Of a stretch of 64,000 nt of DNA, positions 50,653 through 59,928 are shown piece by piece (the stretch's first letter is position 1; each line of letters starts with the position of its first letter). Source of the DNA: Aquificaceae bacterium (GTDB lineage Bacteria; Aquificota; Aquificia; Aquificales; Aquificaceae); contig JAXSNR010000001.1 of NCBI GenBank assembly GCA_037925075.1, positions 96,001-160,000 on the forward strand. The letters are read 5' to 3'. A program made the translations under genes and the position numbers. Under the pieces are notes generated by a model. It worked only from the letters and a program-made list of their open reading frames with translations. It was not told the DNA's origin and did no database searches.

Positions 50653-50685
50653 AGTTTAACTGAAAACTGTTAAGATTTCGTTAAG
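50653..50685 (-). promoter_or_regulatory. Pho-box-type promoter
   Basis: CTTAAC-gaaat-CTTAAC (identical to the pstS box), 10 bp, TAAACT. Confidence 0.75.
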
Positions 50686-50723
50686 GATTTCCCCTTACCC
50701 CTTTGTTTCCGAAAAGCACAAGA

Positions 50724-51833
50724 CTATACCTTAGCAAGGAAGCCACGATAGACCTCAAAGAGCCTGTCAAAGGTGGATTCCCAAGAAAACCTGTTGCGTA
50801 TAAAGGAGCTGACTGTTTCCCTGTATGATAAGCTTACCGCATTGCATGCATGGACTATGGCATCGTAGAAGACTTCCAGCGTGGGCTCTTTAACCAAAAA
50901 CTCCTTGAAGGGTTGTGTTTCAAGCTCCATATCAAAGGCAACCAGTAGACAACCGCACGCTTGAGCCTCAAGAAAGGCAAGTCCGTAGGTTTCGTAAAGG
51001 GAAGTGCTAACAAAGACATCACAACTCGCGTATATTTTTGCAAGGTCTTCTTTCTTAGCAATGTATCCAAGGTATGTAAGATTTGGAAGTTTTTGAGAGA
51101 GCCTTTCTACCTTTTTTCTGGCTGGACCATCGCCCACCACGACAAGATGAAATAATGTGGGGTCAAGATGTTGGAAAACTTCAAAGAGAAGGTCCACATT
51201 CTTATCGGGGGAAAGCCTACCCGCATAGAGGAGCTTAAATCTTCCCTCTTTTACTCCTATTATTTTATTGAAGTATGGGTCTCTCATAGAGGGGTTAAAA
51301 ACGTTTGTATCAACCCCTAAGTTTACAGTAAGCACATTTTCTATTCCAGACCTTTTTAGAAAGTCTTCCTGCGTCTTGGAGGGTGTTATTATGAGGTCCG
51401 CCTGGGATAGCTTTTTTCCTATGGTGTAGTCAATTAGAGCCTTCTTTAGTCTCTCTGGAGCAGGTATAAGTGAAAGGTCCGCCCTTATGTCGGAATGATA
51501 AAAAACGCTTAACATATACCTATCTGACTTGAGATGGTTTATGGGTTGGTATGTGCCACCTAGTTCTACCACATCTGGGTCTTCTACTTTCAGTATTTCC
51601 TTTATTTCCGAAAAGGAGGAAAAGAACCTGTAGCCACCGGTAAGGGGCAAGGGAAAAGAGGGAAGCTCATAAACCTTTGTGGAGTTTATGTAGTAGGTCC
51701 TCCTTTTTCTGCCCGGCACTATAAGAACATGCTCTATACCTCTCTGTTGCACATACTTGGTCTTTTCCAGTAAATACCTTCTTATGCCACCGCTTTTGCT
51801 ATGAAAGTAAGGGGTTATATCAGCTAACTTCAT
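50724..51833 (-). CDS. GT4 glycosyltransferase
   Basis: DITPYFHSKSGGIRRYL, LGVD, YAGRLSPDKN, ETYGLAFLEAQACG; ATG 51833 preferred. Confidence 0.9.
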   Translation of the reverse strand: MKLADITPYFHSKSGGIRRYLLEKTKYVQQRGIEHVLIVPGRKRRTYYINSTKVYELPSFPLPLTGGYRFFSSFSEIKEILKVEDPDVVELGGTYQPINHLKSDRYMLSVFYHSDIRADLSLIPAPERLKKALIDYTIGKKLSQADLIITPSKTQEDFLKRSGIENVLTVNLGVDTNVFNPSMRDPYFNKIIGVKEGRFKLLYAGRLSPDKNVDLLFEVFQHLDPTLFHLVVVGDGPARKKVERLSQKLPNLTYLGYIAKKEDLAKIYASCDVFVSTSLYETYGLAFLEAQACGCLLVAFDMELETQPFKEFLVKEPTLEVFYDAIVHACNAVSLSYRETVSSFIRNRFSWESTFDRLFEVYRGFLAKV

Positions 51834-54066
51834 GGACAAGCCTTCCAAGACCAGCTATGGCTAACATGTAGTCCATGTATGTTTTTCTCATATCAAGGCT
51901 TTTGGCGTAATACAGTGCTTCCTGAGACATGCTCCTTCTGAGGCTTTCATTGGAAAGAAGAAGGGACAACCTTTCTACAAAGTCTTCTTGTCTTGTGGCT
52001 ATAAAGCCATTAACACCCTCCTTTAAATGCTCATGGGAGGCACCCTTTGAACTTACCACCACAGGAAGACCGCATGCCATAGCCTCCAAAACCACCTGCC
52101 CATAGGTTTCAGTCTCTGAGGGGAAGAGAAACACATCTGAGCTTGCGTAGGCAGTAGCCAAATATTCTCCCACCATATATCCCACAAAATGCACATTTTT
52201 TGGTTTTTTAACTTCAAGCTCTCTTCTGTATGGTCCGTCTCCCACCACCACAAAAACATCCTCCGGAAAACACCTTGCGGTATAAAGGAAGGTATCCAAA
52301 CCCTTTTCCTTAGATACCCTGCCAACGTAGAGGATCACTCTTTGATGTCTTCTTATACCAAGCTTTTCAGTCCATAAATCTTCGCGTCTTTTTTGCGGTG
52401 AAAAGAGTTCCGTATCAACACCACGCTTGAAGGTGCTTACCTTGCCATACTCAAGCCCATTACTTATAAAAAGCTTTCTGTAATGTTCTGATGGGACAAA
52501 AAGCCTATCGGAGAGATTGCCCAGAAGGACAAAGGCTTTCCAAAGTAGTTCTTCCATCTGCGAGTCTCCCGTGTAGGTTCTTGCGTAGGCTGGTATGTCC
52601 GTATGAAAGGCAAAGGTGATCCTAAGATTTAGAACTTTGCCCGCTAAAAATCCCATAAGTCCAAGGGGTCCGGGTGTGGCTATATGAACTTGGGTAAAAC
52701 CCTCCTTTTCAATAAGGTCCAACAGCTCCAAAAAGTTAGGAACTCCCATCCTTAACTCTTCATAAAAGGGCGTGGCCAATTCAAAAAGAGGTTCTAAGTT
52801 TATAAGGTTTTCCTCTTCCTTTAACTGTGAGCTTGCAACAATCACTGTAAAGGGTAGGTCTTCCTCAAGGGCTATCTGTCTTATGAGCTTAGCACTTCTT
52901 GCAACTCCGTTTATGTGGTGGTAGGTATCCGTAAGGTAGGCAACCTTTGGAGGCTTTCCGTTGCTTATACCAAACTCCTTTCCAAGGACCCTTATCTTCT
53001 GCTCTTCTCTTTTCTGGGCGTACTTTAAAAAGGCGGGGAAGCCATGAGCCACGAGGGACAGGCACAGCTCCCCAATGGTCTGCGGTGAGGGGCTTTTCAA
53101 AAGCCTTCCTATGGCAAAGGAAGGCAGTTTTTTTGCTATTTCCCTCAAAAGGTCTGACCTTTCCGCTTTTATACCAAGAAGATTTCTCAAAAGCATACCC
53201 ACCAAAGGGTTGTCCGATTGCATGAAAATATAATCAGTTATCGGTCTTACCTCAGAAGGTATCAGGTTTTTGCTTTTTAGAAAGTCATAGCCCACTCTGC
53301 AAACCATATTGAGAAGCCTTTTATCTCCAAGGTCTTCTGTTCCCAAATGCGTTCTGCCTTCCCAAAGCCCTCGCAAAAACTCCTCTTTGCTAAGGGCCCC
53401 CTCAACTCCTGTCCAAGTCCTCCCCACATCCATGCCCCCGTGGTCATCAGAGCCTGCGGTAAAGGTGATCCTCTCCCTTATCCTCTGGGGTTCCATCTTG
53501 TGCCTTTCCGCAAGGGCGTTTATTCTGTCCCACCCATCGTAATGGCGGGCTATGGTCTCTTCTATGTATCTAACACCATCCCCCCTTGTGCCGTTTATCA
53601 CCTCCCAGTTGTCAAAGAGAAGCGCCAGTTTTTCCACGAGATTCCTGTCTATATTTGTCCCCTGCACCGAATAAAGAGGGTGTGCAAGGGAATGGGCTAT
53701 CCTGTGGGACTTTAGATATCTCACAAAATCGTATAAATTTTCCCTGAGCTTGAGAAGGTCCTGATGTTGGGCTTCTGTGATGCCATAGACCAACACATGC
53801 ACCTTAGCCTTTTCCTCTGGGAATTCCACCGTGTATTCACAGCTGATAAAGACCTCCGGCAGGTGTGCTATCTCAAGAACACCGCTTATAGTGTTGTGGT
53901 CTGTTATGGTAATATAGCTCATCCCTCTTTCTTTGAGCCTTATGTATATCTCCATGGGCTCTGTAAAGCTCTCTGGGCATCCTACTAACTTGCTAAACCA
54001 ACCCCCCGGCAGGTTGGAAGCCTTTGAATGAAGGTGTAGGTCCGCCTTTGCAAAAAAGTTCCCCAT
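51820..54066 (-). CDS. PHP-family phosphoesterase fused to GT4 glycosyltransferase
   Basis: DLHLHS, ITDHN, E, H, AHP, GSDDH (PHP); TDTY...NGVA, ATPGPLG, RGVD, VGRVSKEK, ETYGQVVLEAMACG (GT4). Confidence 0.9.
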   Translation of the reverse strand: MGNFFAKADLHLHSKASNLPGGWFSKLVGCPESFTEPMEIYIRLKERGMSYITITDHNTISGVLEIAHLPEVFISCEYTVEFPEEKAKVHVLVYGITEAQHQDLLKLRENLYDFVRYLKSHRIAHSLAHPLYSVQGTNIDRNLVEKLALLFDNWEVINGTRGDGVRYIEETIARHYDGWDRINALAERHKMEPQRIRERITFTAGSDDHGGMDVGRTWTGVEGALSKEEFLRGLWEGRTHLGTEDLGDKRLLNMVCRVGYDFLKSKNLIPSEVRPITDYIFMQSDNPLVGMLLRNLLGIKAERSDLLREIAKKLPSFAIGRLLKSPSPQTIGELCLSLVAHGFPAFLKYAQKREEQKIRVLGKEFGISNGKPPKVAYLTDTYHHINGVARSAKLIRQIALEEDLPFTVIVASSQLKEEENLINLEPLFELATPFYEELRMGVPNFLELLDLIEKEGFTQVHIATPGPLGLMGFLAGKVLNLRITFAFHTDIPAYARTYTGDSQMEELLWKAFVLLGNLSDRLFVPSEHYRKLFISNGLEYGKVSTFKRGVDTELFSPQKRREDLWTEKLGIRRHQRVILYVGRVSKEKGLDTFLYTARCFPEDVFVVVGDGPYRRELEVKKPKNVHFVGYMVGEYLATAYASSDVFLFPSETETYGQVVLEAMACGLPVVVSSKGASHEHLKEGVNGFIATRQEDFVERLSLLLSNESLRRSMSQEALYYAKSLDMRKTYMDYMLAIAGLGRLVHEVS

Positions 54067-54739
54067 AGCTGGCTAACCTCCTTTCCTTTTTTATCTTGCC
54101 AAGTATTTCTTTCCAAAGCTCTATCTTTCTTTCGTCTCTAAAGTCCGCCATATGAAGGGCAAGTCTGAGGACCTGATGACCTTTGTAGAGTTTTTCCATG
54201 TTGGGAACCACCATAAGGCTTAGCCAAGATAGCAGATTCCTGTTGCTGAAGGTAAGCGTGGGAGAGTCTATGACCCTGTTGTGGTGTAGGTCCTTTATGT
54301 GCCACCTGTAAGCTACAGCCCTAAAACCAAAGGAGTAAAGCACATCCTCAAGGTAAGGATTCCCTATCCATGCGGGTGGCACAAAAAACTCTGTATTTAG
54401 ACCAAAATATTCCATAAGCTCCAAGCCAGATTGAACCCTTTTATAGGTCTCCGTAAGGTCAAGCCCCCCAAACTCACCCTCCCCATCTGTCCAAAGCAAG
54501 TCCTGAAGCCTCTTCTTACCCTTATGGGTGTACCCATGAAGCACCAGCTCCACCTTGAGGCTTTTTAGAAGGTTCAAAAAGCTCAGGTCCCCTCCAAGTG
54601 GTGCGTACTCCCAAAAGTAGGGCACTACAAGAAGGGAAAATCTATCCAATCCCACCTCCTCCAAGAGCTCAAGGGCTTTATAAAACTCAACCCTGTAATA
54701 AGGGCTCACATCGTGAAGTTCCACTATGGCAAGCTTCAT
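53993..54739 (-). CDS. polysaccharide deacetylase-like protein (DUF2334/CE4)
   Basis: LHDVSP, LLVVP, LHGYTH, FVPPAW, RLALH. Confidence 0.85.
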   Translation of the reverse strand: MKLAIVELHDVSPYYRVEFYKALELLEEVGLDRFSLLVVPYFWEYAPLGGDLSFLNLLKSLKVELVLHGYTHKGKKRLQDLLWTDGEGEFGGLDLTETYKRVQSGLELMEYFGLNTEFFVPPAWIGNPYLEDVLYSFGFRAVAYRWHIKDLHHNRVIDSPTLTFSNRNLLSWLSLMVVPNMEKLYKGHQVLRLALHMADFRDERKIELWKEILGKIKKERRLASYGELFCKGGPTPSFKGFQPAGGLV

Positions 54740-54746
54740 AGAAAAA

Positions 54747-54801
54747 AGAGTAGTATGGGAAAGTTAAGATTTCTTTAAGGTTTGGTTAAGATTTGGTTAA
54801 G
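54747..54801 (-). promoter_or_regulatory. four-unit Pho-box-type promoter of the deacetylase/GT operon
   Basis: CTTAAC/CTTAAC/CTTAAA/CTTAAC at exact 11-bp period (54796, 54785, 54774, 54763), 10 bp, TACTCT. Confidence 0.8.
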
Positions 54802-54803
54802 AT

Positions 54804-54818
54804 GGGGGCAAAGCCCCC
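54804..54818 (-). terminator. GC hairpin after thiC
   Basis: GGGGGC-AAA-GCCCCC right after the thiC stop; weak U tract. Confidence 0.4.
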
Positions 54819-54825
54819 GGAGGTT

Positions 54826-56202
<1,377 letters not shown>

Positions 56203-56313
56203 CTAAAAGATGGTTTTGGGTATTTATAAATATCCTCCATTCCCTGTTGAATGCAATATGATGTTTAACCGGTTTATAATTTAAAATTGCCAAGACCCAA
56301 GGAGGGCAGAATC

Positions 56314-57144
56314 ATGAAGGATTATGTTAGCATTATAATAGCCTATCATGAGGGTAAGGCTCCAAAGACCATTAGGATAAAAAAATCTTATCTAAAAGCC
56401 TTTACGGTTTCTGCTGTGAGCTTCCTCTCCCTCTCCATTGTATCCTATATTCTTAGCATAGCTCTACTGTCCGAAAAGGAAAAGCTCAAAGCAAAGACAG
56501 AAAGGCTCCAAGTGGAAAGGCACGAAGTTTTAGCAGAGAAAGAGAGGTTAGAACAAGAGAGGTTAACTATAAGCAAAAAGCTAAAAACTTTAGAAAGCAA
56601 AATGGCAATGGTTGAGGATTATCTCTCAAAAAGAGGGGTGATAACAAAACCCTTGGCAGTGGGTGGAGCCTCTTACAAGTTTGATTATCAAGACCTATCC
56701 CATCTGGATTTCTTAAAAGAACGTAGCGACTATCTGCTGTCCAAAGTAAGGGCTACTCCCTTAGGATACCCCGTATACGGTAGGATAACCTCCCATCTGG
56801 GCTGGAGGAAAAACCCATTTGGTAGGGGTTATGAGTTTCATTCAGGTATAGACATAGAAGCACCTTATGGAAGCAAGGTTATATCCACTGCTGATGGAGT
56901 GGTAGAGTTTGCTAACAATCATGGGAGCTATGGTAAGGCGGTCATAATAAAACATCCCTCCGGTTATTACACTCTCTATGGACACCTTTCTAACATATGG
57001 GTCGAAGTAGGGCAGAAGGTAAAAGCTGGGGATGTTATAGGTCTTGTTGGGTCTACTGGGAGGTCCACAGGGCCACACCTTCACTACGAGGTACTTTTTG
57101 AGGGAAGGCTAAAGAACCCAATGGACTACTTAGTCTGGAGGTGA
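56314..57144 (+). CDS. M23 family peptidoglycan endopeptidase
   Basis: TM, coiled coil, HSGID, YGHL, STGPHLHYE; ATG 56314 with GGAGG. Confidence 0.92.
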   Translation: MKDYVSIIIAYHEGKAPKTIRIKKSYLKAFTVSAVSFLSLSIVSYILSIALLSEKEKLKAKTERLQVERHEVLAEKERLEQERLTISKKLKTLESKMAMVEDYLSKRGVITKPLAVGGASYKFDYQDLSHLDFLKERSDYLLSKVRATPLGYPVYGRITSHLGWRKNPFGRGYEFHSGIDIEAPYGSKVISTADGVVEFANNHGSYGKAVIIKHPSGYYTLYGHLSNIWVEVGQKVKAGDVIGLVGSTGRSTGPHLHYEVLFEGRLKNPMDYLVWR

Positions 57145-57147
57145 AAC

Positions 57148-57543
57148 ATGTTTGGAAAAAGGGAAGAGGCAAGGAGAACAAGCCAAGAGATTAAAACCCT
57201 CATAGGTGCGGGGTGCATTTTTGAGGGCAACTTGACCATCTCAGAAGGGCTAACAAGGATAGATGGGGAAATTATTGGAAACGTAAACGGTAATGGTGGG
57301 CTTATCGTCGGAGAAGGCGGAAGTATCAAGGGTAACGTAAATGTTGAAGAGGTGGTAGTGTACGGCAAGATAGAAGGGGATATAAAAGCAAAGGGGGCGG
57401 AGCTGAAGGCCGGAAGCAGGGTGGATGGAGACATAACGGTACAGGAACTTTCAATAGAGAAGGGGGCCATATACAACGGGGAGTGCAGGATGGATCAGTC
57501 CTCCAAGGTTGAAACATCCCCCACAGGAAGCCCAAGCTCCTGA
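57148..57543 (+). CDS. bactofilin (CcmA family)
   Basis: TLIG.G..FEG, RIDG, G.I.G repeats, IEKGA.YNGEC. Confidence 0.92.
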   Translation: MFGKREEARRTSQEIKTLIGAGCIFEGNLTISEGLTRIDGEIIGNVNGNGGLIVGEGGSIKGNVNVEEVVVYGKIEGDIKAKGAELKAGSRVDGDITVQELSIEKGAIYNGECRMDQSSKVETSPTGSPSS

Positions 57544-59387
57544 GCCTTCAAAACCCTTCTCATTATCTTCCCGCTTCTGGTCTTGGGTAGCTTTTCCACA
57601 AATTCTATCTCATCTGGCACAGCTATGGCTCCAAGTATCTGCCTCACGTGCTGTTTTATCTCTTCTTTCAGGTGGTCTGTGGGCTCAACACCTCTTTTGA
57701 GGATTACAAAAGCCTTTATTGATTCTCCTTTTATCTCGTGAGGCTTTCCTATGACTGCAGCCTCTGCCACAGCTGGGTAGTCCACTATGGCACTCTCCAC
57801 CTCCATAGTGCCTATCCTATGCCCTGCCACATTAAGAACGTCGTCCGCTCTTCCAAGTATCATTACATAGCCTTCTTCATCATAAGTGGCAAGGTCACCT
57901 GCAAGGTAGTATCCTGGTATGGTATTCCAGTACTTTTCATACCTTTCGGGCTCTCCCCAACAGGTTCTGAGCATGGAAGGCCATGGAGTCTTTATAACAA
58001 GATTTCCAACTGTGTTTGGTGGGAGTTCTTTACCTGAGCTGTCCACAACCGCCACCTCTACACCAAAGAAAGGCTTTCCTGCCTTTCCGGGCTTTGTGGG
58101 ATAAGCTGGTATGGTGGTTATCATCTGCATGCCTGTTTCTGTCTGCCACCAAGTATCTACGATGGCACAGTTCCCTCTACCTATATGCTTGTAGTACCAT
58201 TCCCACGCTTCAGGGTTTATAGGTTCGCCAACAGTACCAAGTATTCTTAAAGAAGATAGGTCATACTTAGCTGGCCATTGCTCCCCATACCTCATAAACA
58301 TCCTTATGGCAGTTGGTGCGGTGTAGAAAACATTTACCCTGTACTTTTCCACATAGCTCCACCATCTTCCGGGATCAGGGTAATCTGGTGCACCCTCCGT
58401 TATCACAGAGGTAGCTCCGTTGGCAAGAGGTCCATAGACTATGTAGCTGTGCCCTGTTATCCAACCAATGTCTGCGGTGCACCAGAATATGTCATTTTCG
58501 TGGATGTCAAAAATTGTCTTTGTGGTAAAGTAAGTTCCCACCATATAACCACCAGTAGTATGAAGCACACCCTTGGGCTTTCCAGTGGTGCCAGAGGTGT
58601 AGAGTATAAAGAGTGGGTCTTCCGCATCCATCTGTGCAGGCTCGCATTCTGGTGAGCTGTTTTTCACGAGCTCATCAAAGCTTACAAAAAGCCCACCAGA
58701 GCCATTTAGCACATCTCCATCCCTGTCCCACACCACAACCTTTTCCACAAACCCAAGCCCGTCTATTGCCCTTTGGGCGGTGGCAAAAAGGTCTATCTTT
58801 TTGCCCCTTCTCTTTGTATAGCTGGCTGTTATCACCACCTTTGCCTTTGCATCCTCTATCCTAAGCCTTAAGGCTCCTTCACTAAAACCCGCAAAAACCA
58901 CGCTATGGATGGCACCTATTCTTGCACAAGCAAGCATGCACGCAACTGCTTCTATAGTATTAGGCATGTATATGGAAACCCTATCACCCTTCTTAACACC
59001 TAAGGACTTAAGCCCGTTGGCTATACGATTCACAAGTTCCAAAAGCTCCCCGTAGGTTATCTTCTTTTCCTTTCCATCCTCGTCCACAAAGATGTAAGCC
59101 ACCTTATTTCTTTTACCATTTTGCGCATGCCTGTCGAGGCAGTTGTAGGTTATGTTGGTCTTACCGTTTACGAACCACTTGGCATATGGATAGTTCCACT
59201 CAAGCACCTTGTCCCATTTTGTAAACCAATTAAGCTCCTCCGCCACCTTTGCCCAGAAGGCTTCCCTGTCCTTTATGGACTCTTGGTATAGGCTCTCGTA
59301 GTCCTTGATCCAAGCCCTTTCCACTATGTGGGCTGGGGGAATATATTTTTCCTCCACCTTTAAATGAACCTCTTCCCTTACTTCCAT
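57495..59387 (-). CDS. acs: acetyl-CoA synthetase
   Basis: YTSGTTGKPKG, DTWWQTETG, GRADDV, LPKTRSGKIMRR. Confidence 0.97.
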   Translation of the reverse strand: MEVREEVHLKVEEKYIPPAHIVERAWIKDYESLYQESIKDREAFWAKVAEELNWFTKWDKVLEWNYPYAKWFVNGKTNITYNCLDRHAQNGKRNKVAYIFVDEDGKEKKITYGELLELVNRIANGLKSLGVKKGDRVSIYMPNTIEAVACMLACARIGAIHSVVFAGFSEGALRLRIEDAKAKVVITASYTKRRGKKIDLFATAQRAIDGLGFVEKVVVWDRDGDVLNGSGGLFVSFDELVKNSSPECEPAQMDAEDPLFILYTSGTTGKPKGVLHTTGGYMVGTYFTTKTIFDIHENDIFWCTADIGWITGHSYIVYGPLANGATSVITEGAPDYPDPGRWWSYVEKYRVNVFYTAPTAIRMFMRYGEQWPAKYDLSSLRILGTVGEPINPEAWEWYYKHIGRGNCAIVDTWWQTETGMQMITTIPAYPTKPGKAGKPFFGVEVAVVDSSGKELPPNTVGNLVIKTPWPSMLRTCWGEPERYEKYWNTIPGYYLAGDLATYDEEGYVMILGRADDVLNVAGHRIGTMEVESAIVDYPAVAEAAVIGKPHEIKGESIKAFVILKRGVEPTDHLKEEIKQHVRQILGAIAVPDEIEFVEKLPKTRSGKIMRRVLKAQELGLPVGDVSTLED

Positions 59388-59466
59388 GTTTTACCTCCTT
59401 ATATGGGTTTATTGAAAAAAAATATAACACATCATATTGCCTTTGTGTAGATATTATATCAGTTTG

Positions 59467-59569
59467 ATCAAAATATTACGACTTTTATCATATATTTTTG
59501 AAACTTACGGTTGTGGTTTAATTTTTAATCGGTTCCATCAAAATATTACGACTTTTATCATATATTTTT
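59467..59569. repeat. two identical 33-bp direct repeats (59467-59499, 59537-59569)
   Basis: ATCAAAATATTACGACTTTTATCATATATTTTT twice, starts 70 bp apart, in the divergent acs/symporter intergenic region. Confidence 0.9.
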
Positions 59570-59610
59570 TGAAGAAAGGGAAATAAATATATGCTAAAGA
59601 CAATATACTC

Positions 59611-59638
59611 TTGACTAAAAACAAAAAACCTGTAAAAT
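59611..59638 (+). promoter_or_regulatory. probable sigma70 promoter of the symporter operon
   Basis: TTGACT-16 bp-TAAAAT. Confidence 0.45.
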
Positions 59639-59669
59639 AAATCACAAACTTTTGAAAGGAGGTAAAACC

Positions 59670-59927
59670 ATGCTATCAAAAGAACAGCTGGAAAGTTATT
59701 GGCGGGAGAACCGAAACCTTATGATACTGGTTCTCCTCATATGGGCTTTGGTTTCCTATGGTGCAGCCCTTATATCGGGCTTGCTCAACAAAATAGTTAT
59801 TTTTGGCTTTCCCTTAGGTTATTACATGGGATCTCAGGGTTCTTTGGTGGTCTTTGTCCTTTTAATAATCTTTTACGCAGTTAGTATGGATAACACAGAT
59901 GAAAAATATGGAGTAAAGGAGGACTAA
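59670..59927 (+). CDS. DUF4212 small subunit of solute:sodium symporter
   Basis: YWREN, GFPLGYYMGSQGS, DEKYGV; ATG 59670 after GGAGG. Confidence 0.9.
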   Translation: MLSKEQLESYWRENRNLMILVLLIWALVSYGAALISGLLNKIVIFGFPLGYYMGSQGSLVVFVLLIIFYAVSMDNTDEKYGVKED

Positions 59928-59928
59928 A

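Noticed and set aside
56314..57543. M23 peptidase-bactofilin pair as a novel system
   Set aside because: Well-known conserved cell-shape module
59467..59569. Mini CRISPR array (33-bp repeat, 37-bp spacer)
   Set aside because: Only two units, no cas genes, no GTTT/GAAAC-type ends, and it sits in a divergent promoter; treated as an operator duplication
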